Assembly: GCA_976226885.1 (NCBI GenBank)
Contig: OZ320316.1
Coordinates: 57,846,001 to 57,910,000 of the forward strand
DNA: 64,000 bases
Direction: 5' to 3'
From: Iphione sp. A-MEVVRFRX5
Lineage: Eukaryota
Within the stretch, counting starts at the first letter, position 1. Each line of letters begins with the position of its first letter. Shown here in pieces: positions 1 to 11,285 of this stretch. The translations under genes and the position numbers were made by a program. A model generated the notes under the pieces. The model did not search any database. It saw nothing but the letters and a program-made list of their open reading frames with translations, and was not told the origin of the DNA.

Positions 1-928
1 CTAGCAAAAAGGTCAAAATGGACAGTTAGAGGACAAATGTAGAGGGTAAATTTGTCTGCTTTTATTGTGACTGCGAAAAAGCATTTTAAGAAAGACTGTC
101 CACTGTGTAACACAGTGTGTTATAGAGTTAATTCTATTATGGACATTCAGATGCTTGGATATTCAAACGTTTGGAAATTCAGACATATGGACAGTTGAAT
201 GTTCAGATATAGTTCAGACCTTTATTGTATACATCAATGTGGAAAGTATTAAGTTTAGAAAGAGAGTTCCTTGTACAGCGTATAGATATAAGTCTATAAG
301 CACTGTCCATGTGGAGACATTAGCTGTACCATGTTACTAAAGTAGCACTGCTGAAAGTCTGGACACCAAAAGTCTTAGCCAGAGCAGATACTCATAAACT
401 TTGTAAGGTAGGCATCAGAGCATAATAAGAAAAGTGTAGTGTAATTGAGATTTCAGGGAGCTACCAAGAAAGGTGTTGACAGTTAACATCTGGAAAAGAC
501 ATATATCACAAAGGGTACTGGTGTGGGACCAGAGGTTAATTTGAAAATTGACCAGTCATTACCAAGGTCATGCATCCAGGTCAGAGTTTATATGCCCTAT
601 GGCCAGAGGTTATAAAAGGTTGTGAACCTTATGTGCCTAAGGTTACAAACTATGACAGGGAGGTTGTGAACTTGAGCATAAGCATTGTGAACTATTGGTA
701 TATAATGTCCTTGATTTCTATGGACTTTATGGAGAGCTCCATCATGCCACCTGTACGTGTCTACTCTGCCACAATAAAGATCAACTAACTTGGAAACCTT
801 TGTCATCTTGAGTTTTCTGACAGCTGTTCAAAACATTGGCAGAGAAAAGAGCAGATAAAGAACTGAGTTTGGGAAATGTCAAGGCATCACTGACCAAAAA
901 CAGCAAGTAGGTATGGTGGCAGGGACAG

Positions 929-1130
929 GATTCTTCTTAGTGGCACATATAAGTAGCCAAAAAGTTGATTGATTGATACCAGGGCAGAAGTTCCACTTGC
1001 CATAGAGGAATTCTTTCTGAAAACTGCCATAAAGGAACTTATGAAGCCCCGGTAGTCTTTACAGATGTCGATGAAGAAGTGATTCTTGGCAATGACTTCT
1101 TGTGTGATCAAGATGCCATCATCAACTACC
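929..1130 (+). pseudogene. Gypsy aspartic protease remnant
   Basis: LIDTRA at 969-986 (decayed LIDTGA) and VILGNDFL ending at 1102. Confidence 0.7.
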
Positions 1131-1289
1131 CGCATATGTGCAATGAGAAGGAGTTACCCAAGTACCTGAAGGACTTGTTTGAGTGAGCAAAGAAAGACCT
1201 ACAGGATGAATTAATGGCCTATAGTAAAGCAAGTAATGCTTGACTATAAGTCAACATTTTCATCAGGAGGCAATGATAGTGGTAAAACC

Positions 1290-1927
1290 AGAGTGATTAA
1301 ACAGGCTATCGATGTGGATGGGCATCTACTTATCGAGCAGAAAGCATGATGCTTACCTCTAAAGAGATGTTAAAAGCCAGAGTAATCCAAGTGAGCATCA
1401 GCCGTTGGGCAAGCCCTATCATTATAGTTGGGAAGAAAGATGGAACTACCCGATTTTGTGTGGACTATCAGAAACTGAATAAAATTACCAGAAAGGATGC
1501 TTATCCAATGTGTGAATGTGGTCTTAGGGACCAATTATTTTTGTTCCCTAGACTTGGCAAATGGATATTGGCAAGTTAAAATGGAAGTGATGACATCCCC
1601 CAAACAGCTTTTGTAATATCACCGGGTTTATTTGAATTCATGGTAATGCCCTTCGGGTAAGTGAATTCACCGGCACCTTTTTGACTTACGGACACTGTAC
1701 TCTGAGGATTAACATGGGACAAATGTCTAGTGTACCTAGATCACATCCTGATTTTCGGAAAGACATTTGTAGAAACTATTGAAAGGTTGAGAACAGTCAA
1801 TCAATGCCTGAAAGACACTGGTTTGAAGCCGAGCTGGAAAAGCGTGATTTCTCTCTGAAGCACATAAACTTCTTAGGGCATATAGTGAATCAGGAAAGAA
1901 TCTCTACAGTTCCTAAGAAGATTGATA
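1290..1927 (+). pseudogene. Gypsy reverse transcriptase, N-terminal part
   Basis: ORF 1346-1579 ASPIIIVGKKDGTTRFCVDYQKLNK. Frameshifted LDLANGYWQV, TAF..PGLFEFMVMPFG, CLVYLDHILIFGKTF (YLDD decayed to YLDH at 1733-1744), NFLGHIV..ISTVPKKI. Confidence 0.92.
1908..1927. repeat. Left copy of degenerate target-site duplication
   Basis: AGTTCCTAAGAAGATTGATA versus AGTTCTAAAAAATTAGATA at 7431-7449, exactly at the two Gypsy/LINE junctions. Confidence 0.6.
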
Positions 1928-2980
1928 TTTTGATATTTGTTTATTGTCTAATCTTTGTAATGAATTACAAAGTTATCCGTACTTGCAATAGAAGAAATAA
2001 AGTAAGGTAAATGAATTCACATCGACATAGATAACATTGAAACAACATATAGACAGCATACATTCAAGACACATCACATGAATTTAAACATAAAGACATA
2101 CACGCTGGATGGAACATACCCAGTACTATGTCACTCTCAGCCATTGGAGCTATCCTCAATTTACAGAACACATATACGGACATAATATACCACGAAAACA
2201 GCAGTTAATGAGAATGATGTGAGGGACAGTATACACACACGTAACATGTTGACATATGCTTCGTACGTGAGTTGGAAAGAACATAGAAGAATGAATAAGA
2301 GTGTGTAGAGGTGTGACACATGGACACAGTATCGTTCTTGAAGATGTTAACACAGCATAACATGGTAAACATATAACATGACATAGTTTGCCACTCCAAT
2401 ACCATTCTCTCCAAAAAGAACTCGTTTAAGCAGCTGACAAACAACACACTATCATTAAACATTTCAAGTACTGGGTCGCACCTCTTAACAATTAAGGATG
2501 GCCTGTTCGTGATCCACAGTGAACAGATAAAAATTTGTTCATTCACCACCATTCTTAAACTATTGACTTTTAAGCAGCCTAAACCACTATCTCATGCCTC
2601 TCATACTTTTAACAGTTCAGCCTGCATGAACTCTTAGCTACCAGGCCAAAAATAGGTTTCTACATTACTAATATACAACATTATCATAGCAAGGCTGGTT
2701 GTGTTTAGCCCCTTTACCCCCCTGGAGCAACTGTTTGTTCCAATTACGTTACTGGACTGTTGCAATGAGGCTCTGACCAGGATGTATCCCAGAGGTGTTG
2801 TGTTGTGCATGGAGATAACAGGCAATGGGTCAGGTACTGCCATAGACACACAGACAGATCAGTGCAGTCCTTGTGTCTCTGGTGCCTCTTGCTGGAGGCG
2901 GTGGCCCTATGGGTACTAGTTCACTCACCTACTCCTCAACATGATACAGCATGCACATGTTGTCACCTTTTTAGGTGTCT

Positions 2981-4985
2981 TCATAGATCAGGTTTCCCTT
3001 CAGCCTTCAGGTCGGGTGGCAGCCTGTTCCAACTAGAGACACCCCTATAACACAGGGTTTTCGCGAAGTGGCTTGATCACAGCTTCACCATCTTTCCTCT
3101 TCTACTGCTGCCTCCTCTCGTTTTAGAGACACAGTCCATTGGTAAGAGGCCCAACTTCATTTGACGATAGACTGCCAATAATCCCCTATGCTCTACCAAC
3201 TCTTTGACTCACTCTATGCCAAGCTTATCCTCCATCATCCTTGAGCTTAAGTATGCTCCAAATTGTATGGCCACATGCGCGCACCTATTCTGGTGGGTTT
3301 GCAGGGTGTACTTGTTGGCCTCACTTGATCCGTAGTACAGTACTGCTGCATAAGACACAAGGGGGATCACTAGTGCCTTAAATAGCTTAACCCGGGCACC
3401 AACTGGATGGACTCCTTTGGTGTGCCCAATTTTCAGGGAGGCTGTCCAAATCTTCCTCTGTAGATCCTTAATGCTCTCCTTGAACTTAAGGTTAGCATCA
3501 ACCATGTAGCCAAGTAGGTTAATCTTGGTTGCTATAGCCATGGTGTTGCCCACCAATTGAATATCGAGTGGGATTCCTGCTGCTTTGAAGACTGGCATGT
3601 AGGAACATTTGGTTGCGCTGACCACCAATCCCGCTTGGTCACACCAGTTCAGTACTGCATCTATCAACCTCTGCAAGGCACCTCTAAGATGCAGGAGGTC
3701 AGCCACATCCATTAATACTGTCAAGTCATCGGCATAGAGGACGGGTTTAGCATCCAATTGCAATACCTTGGTGATGTCATTGGTTACTAGGTTGAACACA
3801 TGAGGCCCCACCACAGAGCCCTGAGGGATACCTTGGCACAGCTCCTGGAGCCCTGAGTCCACTCCTCTACACCTGGCATACTGTTTGCGATCAGACAGGT
3901 AACCCTGGAACAGGCAACAGACCTCAGATGATGCTCCCACATCCTCCAACTTTGCTACCACCAACGAGTGGGAGACCAAATCAAAGGCTTTTTTCATGTC
4001 GAATGCCACAATACACACATAGTGTCCAGCGTTCAGTTTTTCCCACACGTGCAACAGCATTGCAACTATGGCAGTCTCTGTGCTGTGCATAGGCCTGAAA
4101 CCATGCTGGGCAGTGCTAATATACCCATTTGCCTCCACCTGCCCCATAACCAGACATACCATCCACTTCTCAAACAGCTTGCCAGGCAGAGGCAGGATAG
4201 AGACGGGCTGGTAATTCCCCAGGTCATTAGCATCCCCCCGCTTATACAGAGGGATCACTCGGGCGATCTTCCACGTCAGTGGATATATTCCCGCTGTTAA
4301 TTTTTACCCAAAAAGCCATGATACACAGTCCAGGTTATGCAACAGCACTTCCTTCAAGACCCAAGTCCGTATATCCAATATACCAGATGCCTTTTTCCAG
4401 GGAAGGGCCTTGATGAAGGGTCTCAGGTCACACGGACTTGGTAACCCGTGAACGACCTGTTTGTCGCATTGTTGGTGAGACTCGTGTTTGGTGCAGTTCA
4501 CAGGTTTAATTAGTCCAAGTGCCTCTTCCATGAAGAAATTGTTAAATCTCTCCGTTAGTGACGGGTCACTATCCCCAGTTCCTGATTCTCCTTCTTCTGC
4601 ATCAGGTAACTTTGTGGTTTGCCTTCCCCGACACATCACCTTATTCAGCACCTGCCATAGCTTTGAACTGTTGTTCCTCGCTTCCCATACACGAGTCAAC
4701 CAGAAGTCCCTTCTCTCACATTTCAGAGCTCTCCACACTTCACCATTATAGAAGCAGTAGATCCGGTACGAGTTGATGTCACGATTCTTTCGCCATTCTT
4801 GGAAGAAGAAGCCTCTAGCTCAAATAATCTCCAAAGTGCACAGTGATGGTGAGAAACCCTCCTCCTCCCTATGCATCAGTAATGTTCTCTGCTGACACAG
4901 CTCATGCGCGGTTCTCACCAGGGCCTCCTCGAAGTTACACCAGCATTTATACGACGAACGTGACACCCAGTGTTGAAATAATCCA
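2981..4985 (-). pseudogene. LINE reverse transcriptase ORF (linker-RT-C-terminal), no APE domain seen
   Basis: Single frame from ~4985 with premature stops near 4823, 4304 and 3209. Motifs: WKIARVIPLYKRGD..NYQPVSILP, QHGFRPMHSTETA, FDMKKAFDLVSH, GIPQGSVVGP, LYADD, KCSYM, LLGYMVD. After a frameshift, TLCYRGVSSWNRLP near 3040. Confidence 0.95.
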
Positions 4986-5552
4986 CTCAGTTACTCAAGC
5001 ATCCCTTACTCCTATTATACAGTGCTGGCAGAAATTTACCAGCCAGCACAAAATGCTTATACAATTTTTACTTGGCCAAAACTCAATAAGTCTACATTAA
5101 TGTAATTTGTGTTACTCACCGCATCCGCCAGTACTACAAAGAAATACGGATACTCTAGCAAATACAACTGAGACAAAGTGTGCGAAAAATAAGACCTTGC
5201 AATATAGTGGCTAACTAACCATGCCACACATGCAAAGAAATCTGGTTACTCAAACAAATACAACTAGACAATATGGGCATTAAACAAAACACTGCAATCA
5301 AGTGGCTAATTAACCCTGCCACACACTACCTGTTCACGGATCTTTACTTGGTTGAACATTAGCCAAGCCTACCTGTGTATTGAGTGTGATTACAATCAGC
5401 ACTCGCCAGTGGTGCAAAAAAACCCTGAAGTCTCAAAGGAATAAACTCAAAACATAAAGTACTCAACACATACAACACTCTGGCATTTAGGCTGATATTG
5501 CCACACCATACCTGACTACTACTCATGGCATTGCCTTATTCTTGACCTGGTC

Positions 5553-6230
5553 CTACACACCAGTTACACCGGTTGCGGTTTGCACAGTACCTGGTACACA
5601 AAATCTGCTATAAAAATGCTCAATAAAGTCTACAATAGCCTGTGCCCAGATCATGTATACATCATCGTTGACAGTGATGCCATCACCGAGCAGCAAGCCA
5701 CCTCTTACCCTCATTTCACGTGACATGTCTAGTGGTGGAGCTGTTAGACCATACCTTACAGCAGCTGACCTAGCATAAATGTTGTGTGTGGTAGTTGTGG
5801 CATTCAATATGAACTGTTCCTCACAATCAATGATGTTAGGCTCTATTCTGTTGAGAACAAAGCCAGCCATTGGACAGCATACTACCTTCGCACTGGTCCC
5901 CAGTGGCCCCCCGGGCCCAGTCTGTCAGCTTGCTCACATAGTAGCCCAATGTCTCATTATAATTTAGGGGACTTCGCTGACCAACACACCACTGTCCTGT
6001 TTCATATCGAAGCTGCTCCTGCTGGCCTAGGGCCACCAGGATGACATCATATGCTGTTATGTTGACAAATAGCCTTTTCTTCCACTGTCTTTTATATGTT
6101 GCTTTCTTTGGTACAATTACATGCAGGGTCAGTGGTGGCAGGGTTTCAGCCTGCAGTAGCTCCACAGTCTTTTCCGGTCTCACGTCTGTCACAAGCAACA
6201 CATGACAGCTGCTGCTGTCACCATTCCACA
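5553..6230 (-). pseudogene. SGNH/GDSL esterase-like region of LINE ORF1 (catalytic residues absent), frameshift near 5860
   Basis: Blocks at SGNH spacing: HVLLVTD (block I), HVIVPKKAT (II), YDVILVALGQQE (III, GxND-like) and LLGDGITVNDDVYMIWAQAIVDFI (V, DGxHLNxxGYxxWAxAI-like). Confidence 0.5.
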
Positions 6231-6326
6231 GACTCTTTACCATTGACCATTCTGCAAATGATAACATTTGATCGATATACGCCTTACACATATTCACACA
6301 TTAGTGCTAGTTGCAGTCAAATCAGA

Positions 6327-6741
6327 ATCTCTGATCTTCATCAGTATCTTGCCTAGGAGATTTTTCCCATTTGACTTGACTGGTTCTAACTGATTAGTGG
6401 TCTTGCTTATGCCATTACCTAGTACACCATCTTGATCTTTGTACACAATTTCTTTCTCTTTCGTCTCTATTAACACATTTATGAAATCTGGATAAAGAGC
6501 TAACTTGCATAGATAGAGTTTTCTGGTTCCATGTCTTGTCCATTTCCACTGTGTTACCGATACATCTCACTTTGTAGCCACTAGCAGCCTTTTGAATTGC
6601 AGCGACCTTGACCCTGCTCTCGCAACTGTGTGATTTCTCACATTGATATGCACTTTTGATGAAGTCGTAGTGCGTGCCTTCAAAAATTAGCGGTGAGAAT
6701 TCAAAAGGCAACAATAATGGTGTGGCATTGCTAATTGTGAA
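6327..6741 (-). pseudogene. NADAR (YbiA/DUF1768-like) domain within LINE ORF1, one frameshift near 6515
   Basis: PFEFSPLIFEGTHYDFIKSAYQCEKS..AAIQKAASGYKVRCIGNTV..KTWNQK / LYLCKLALYPDFINVLIETKEKEIVYKDQDGVLGNG..GKNLLGKILMKIRD. Aligns by eye over its full length with the YbiA pattern (SNF..PIxxDGxxWPTSEHYFQAxK ... LLATxxxxLVE..D.YWGxG ... GxNxLGxxLMExR). Confidence 0.85.
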
Positions 6742-6749
6742 TTTATCAC

Positions 6750-7430
6750 CATCAAAATCGCTCTGAAAAATTTCCTTGGCAACATCATCTGGTAGTCGCT
6801 GCACCTCAGATGGACCATAATGCTCCCCTTCAATGATGACATGAGACCTTTCACCAGCGTGCATTTACCACATTGCTGAGCAGCTGATGCTACCCGACAC
6901 TGCTTCCTGTGCGTGTCTTGTGCACATGCTGGAACATCTTCATGGAAGAATACCAATTTATACTTGGGAATTCCAGCTAGTTTTGCTTTTCATTTCATCA
7001 GCTGATTCCTGGCCTGCTGTGTGTCAAATAGAACACCTACTCTGACTATGTTTTTCTCATCAGACAATGTCAAAATCTTCTCGATTGCATCCACCACATC
7101 CTTAACCATCTTGCCGATGTAACCGCGGAGGTTGTTGACATTCTTTTTATCAATACCCTCCATGATTACACGCCTACAGTGGTTTGGAATCTCTAGCCGA
7201 GACACATCTTCATCCATGCAATCACACTTTTTCTGGACACTTGCCAGATTCGCCCTGAGCCACTCCACCTCCTGCCTGTTAACTTGATGTGGGTTAGCAT
7301 CAGGCAGATTGCCCTTCTCTGTCAACAGTGATCGCAGAGAGGCATTTTCATTCTTTAAGTCAGCAAGCTCTTGTCACAACCCCTCGATCTTCAACATCAT
7401 TTCACACTGGAGTTCCACAATACAGGCTGA
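6750..7430 (-). pseudogene. LINE ORF1 N-terminal part: coiled coil plus L1 ORF1p/Transposase_22-like RRM-CTD region
   Basis: One frame with two TGA stops: ELQCEMMLKIEGL*QELADLKNENASLRSLL..LRANLASVQKKCDCMDEDVSRLE..RRVIMEGI..QARNQLMK*KAKLAG..VFFHEDVP..HRKQCRVASAA. After a frameshift: VIIEGEHYGPSEVQRLPDD. Matches the L1-type ORF1 pattern (heptads, IxISEDLP, LIIDGxxY). Confidence 0.65.
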
Positions 7431-7449
7431 AGTTCTAAAAAATTAGATA
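7431..7449. repeat. Right copy of degenerate target-site duplication
   Basis: Similar to 1908-1927 with about 5 differences. Gypsy pol resumes here. Confidence 0.6.
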
Positions 7450-7950
7450 CCCCTGACAGACCTTACCACAGTGAGAACATTTTTAGGTATGTGCCTAACC
7501 TAGGTGCCTCATTTTGCTACTAAATCAGCTCTGTTACAAAAACTGATCAGAAGCTCCAATGGGGAATGAAACAGCAAGAAGCATTTGAAGATTCAACGAA
7601 TGCACCCATGACATCACCTATTTTAGGATACCCAAGAATAGAAGGCCACTATTATTTAGACACCAACGCTAGTAACACCAGTATCAGAGCGGTCCTTTCC
7701 CAAGGACAAGAGGCTAAGGAACGTGTTCTTCAGTATTACAGCAGAGCATTAACAGATGTCGAAATGTAGTATTGTAACCCCAAAGGAGCTGCTATCAGTA
7801 GTTGCTACTGTTAAGAAGATGCACTATTATTTATATATCCAAAATGTAATAGTGTGGTAAGTTCGTTTCACCAGTTAATGGAGCCACAAGGCCAAGTTGC
7901 TAGATGGATTAAAATTTCGAGTAACCATGTCAAAACTGCTCTGGTAAGAA
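7431..7950 (+). pseudogene. Gypsy RT connection and RNase H remnant
   Basis: Resumes where RT was cut: TDLTTVRTFLGMC, QQEAFE..PILGYP..YYLDTNASNTSIRAVLSQ..ERVLQYYSRAL (ORF 7566-7769), PQGQVARWI, GKKHQNADALS. Confidence 0.88.
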
Positions 7951-8289
7951 GCATCAGAATGCTGATGCCTTGTCATGGATGACACTGTGTATGCGGTGCA
8001 GTGGAGAACGTCTGGGAAAAACAGTGGTGAAAGTGGATACATGGTCATAACGGGGTTCTACTGGAGATCTACTTCAATGGTATATTTCAGAAGGGGCACA
8101 AGCAAGACAGGATAGTGCTATTGTACCAATTTTGTTTTTTTTGGAAGAGACTCCAAGTGAAAGATGAAATTTTGGCATGATTTTGATGATGAGACTACAT
8201 GATTACAAGATGTTTTACGTATGGTGGACCAGAGAACTGCTCTTTATGAAATTCACTCCAACCCTGCCAGAGCATATTTTGGAATAAAT

Positions 8290-9200
8290 TGAACCATTGC
8301 TTGTTTAGGACTATCATACTACCGGCCAAGAATGAATGATGTCAAAACTACATTGCCAGGTGTCTATGCTCTCAAATATTGAAGAGACCCACTGTAAGGA
8401 ACCTCTTCATCAATACATTGTTGGTGAGCTAATGGAAGTCTGGGAGATGGATGTTGCAGGTCCATTTCCGGTGGCATCTCAGGGAAACCGGTATGTACTG
8501 ATGTTTGGAGACTATTTTACCAAGTACCTTGAAGCCTTTTGTTTAATAGATCAACAGGCTAAAACTATTGCTGTTGTATTTACCAAGGAAATTATATGTC
8601 ATTAACGAGCATTTTGTGAGTTCCATTCAGATTAAGCAAGGAATTTTGAGAGCCAGTTGATACAAGAATAATGTGAAATAGAATATTGAAGACTAGAACT
8701 ACTCTGTTACATCCACAAAGTGATGGATTCTTTGAATGTAGTTTTAGAACACTTAACTGTCTATTAAAGCTGCAGTGGAAGACAACACAAAGAATGGGAT
8801 GAAATTATACCATTTATTCTCATAAATTATTGAGCTACCCCTCATACAAGTAATAAATTAATTCAGTATAAAATAATGTTCGGGAGAGAAATGACACTCC
8901 CCACATTTCTGTGACTACAAGAAATGATACTGAATAATGAAGAAAAGGAACTTGAAACATATGTACAGAATACATGAGTGGATGAGGAAAATGGCTGGCT
9001 GCCACAGTAAGGGAGCATCTCTTGGCATCTCTGCAAACATACAAAATCTCTGCAAATATACAAAAAGTGTACTATGAGAATAAAACAGAGAGAGATACCA
9101 GATTACCAGTATGATTATATATGAACCAAAATTTAAAGAAATCAAAAAGGGGAAATCAAGCTTTGCCTGAAGAGGCCCATATTTACCTCTACAGGAGCTA
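8290..9200 (+). pseudogene. Gypsy integrase remnant
   Basis: ORF 8336-8605 MDVAGPFPVASQGNRYVLMFGDYFTKYLEAF, then FHSD*ARNFES, TRTTLLHPQSDG, WDEIIPFIL and a GPY motif near 9175. Confidence 0.9.
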
Positions 9201-10261
9201 GATCAAGGTTGTCATCACTTCCCTCCATTACATAATCTTTGTGAGTATCAAAGAAATCTGACAATTCACTTTGGGGTATTTTACTTTACTCATTGGATGG
9301 AGTATGAATCATGTGGACTCCCTCTCTGGTATACATGGACAGAGTCAACGTAACTAGACTTACATCATTAATAAGGCGAAGCTTCTGGCATGGAATTGGG
9401 CATCGCCAAGCTCTGGCATCTTCCTTGTCATGAGGAGTGGCTGCTTGTGCCTCTTCCTTACTGCCATCTTGATTTAGGATTGGTGCAGTTTCGTCAGCAG
9501 GAGAAGGCAGAGGGATCTGATACAATAGTGGAAGCACAAAACAGAGTACATGAACCCCCAAATCAGGGCCAAGACTTGTCACGCACTCCCCTGATGCAAG
9601 GTGAACCTGTCTCCCAGACAAGGGTTCCGTCTCTATGATAAAAGAAACAAGGATGTGGTACTCTCCATACCAGGGATGGAGAGACATCCCAAGTAGTTTG
9701 AAGTGAAGAAGAGCTTGTGCAGGCCGATGTTTCTTCTAAGTCACAAAATTTGTCAGATTGTTACCCATACCAGCATCCAAGAAGTGAACCTGAATGTTCT
9801 CTCTCAACAAGTGGTGGAGGTCGACAGCTCAAACTAAATAACAGGCAAAGATGCTGAAGTTGGTGCTGGTACCTAAGAAACAGCAGAGAGGAAGTGCCCT
9901 GAAAAGAATTTAAATCATTAGAAGGAAAGGAAAGAAGAACTCTGAGAAGAAAAATGGTACAAAATGGGTTGCCTACTATGAAGTGTAATGAAAAATATCA
10001 GTCATAAATTCCACTAGAGAAATGATAGCTCAACTTGCATGTTTCTGGAAAATAGACTTTTTCCGGTGAAATGATCATGAAAAGCACACCCTGAAAGTGT
10101 GGGGGGAAGACTGGATACCACAAACAGCAGTGAATACTGGGTAACAGTAAGTAACAGATAATATATCAGCAGGTCCTGCGGTGGGTGATGAATTTATTCG
10201 GGAAAAGAGCTCATTTATACAAAATTTTGAAATGAACATTATTGCTTTTTAGCAGGAGTTA

Positions 10262-11285
10262 TGTAACATTGCCATGGTGTCAGAAGGAGGATCCAGGCAT
10301 GAGCTGGCAGGTGTGAATGTTATGTAATCGAGGCACGTATGCTGAGACATCTCAGCAGCAGTGTAGTGATGCACTGAAAGTAGGTCATGCTGGTGACGGT
10401 ACAATTATAAATGCCATATGAAAAATTCAAATGGAAAAGGAGATCCCACAGAACACTGACTGCATATGGTGTGTCCATAGTGCCAAGGAAAAAACCTGAG
10501 CAAATATACCTCGTGGGAAAAACACATCAAGAGGGCTCATCTCAACACAATAGACTTTGTAGCCGCCAAGGAAATTCACTTTATGTTTGCTGTAGAACCT
10601 GCAGGATGGCAGACGGAACCAAGTCAAATTACAGAACCTCTGGTACAACAGACGGAATCTGCAATGTTGAAGTGGTGGGCTCAAGATGGTGATCCTCAAC
10701 TCTGCTTCAATAGATCAATGAGTTCAGGAGCAGCTGGTGCTGGTGTGCAACAGGAACTCCAAGGAGCAAACCTAGAAGATCAGGAGAATCCTACTGCTCA
10801 AGAGACAGAAGAAGAGGGATTACCTGCTCTCGAGATGGAAGAGAAAATTGCCATTCGAGAGGCTCAACAACACTCTGTCAACAGCAGGAGCGGTGCCCAG
10901 AAGATGAACAGATACCAGTTAATAAGGAAAACGATGAGAGTGAACAAGTGGATTAGTGGGGGTCCACTATTGTAGATGGTTGCATCCCTCCATATGCAGG
11001 AATAGGTCGCACACTTCCCACCGAGTCAATCCTTCTCTGATTACATGTATAATGGCCACCTGTGGGGATACAAGATTGGACCCTAGAGCAGCAATCTATA
11101 GCTTCACTAACTGTGGTCCTCCTGGAAGCTATGGTGGCCAAAAGTGCAGTACCAGGAGACCTTCTACAGCTCCTCCGGGATCGTCCTCAATCTTTTAATG
11201 CCAGAGTCATGGCATCCCAAGCAGTGGCTTCTCTAGACCACTAGACAAGATCTAGTGACATCACATAACTGTGGTGGCAGTTACA
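10262..11285 (+). repeat. Candidate 3' LTR of the Gypsy element
   Basis: Begins TGTAAC and ends GTTACA (perfect 6-bp inverted termini). A short purine run (AGCAGGAG) lies just upstream, a TATAAA near 10405, and no PBS follows the 3' end. The partner LTR is not in the window. Confidence 0.45.

Larger units (their letters stand above)
1928..7430 (-). mobile_element. Non-LTR (LINE-like, CR1/L2-group-like RT) retrotransposon, 5'-truncated, with NADAR-containing ORF1
   Basis: Splits the Gypsy RT and is flanked by a degenerate TSD. The minus-strand 3' end reads AATAAACAAATATCAAAATATCAAT. Contains ORF1-like (7430-5553) and RT (4985-2981) frames. Confidence 0.85.
1..11285 (+). mobile_element. Decayed Ty3/Gypsy LTR retrotransposon (5' end outside window; interrupted by a LINE at 1928-7430)
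   Basis: Motifs occur in Gypsy order PR-RT-RH-IN: LIDTRA/ILGNDFL, SPIIIVGKKDGTTRFCVDYQKLNKITRKDAYP, YLDH, YYLDTNAS..VLSQ, MDVAGPFP..GNRYVL..DYFTKY, FHSD, HPQSDG, GPY. Many stops and frameshifts. The 3' limit depends on the candidate LTR. Confidence 0.88.

Noticed and set aside
3968-4776. Plus-strand ORFs 3968-4300, 4488-4751 and 4558-4776
   Set aside because: Antisense shadows of the LINE RT frame.
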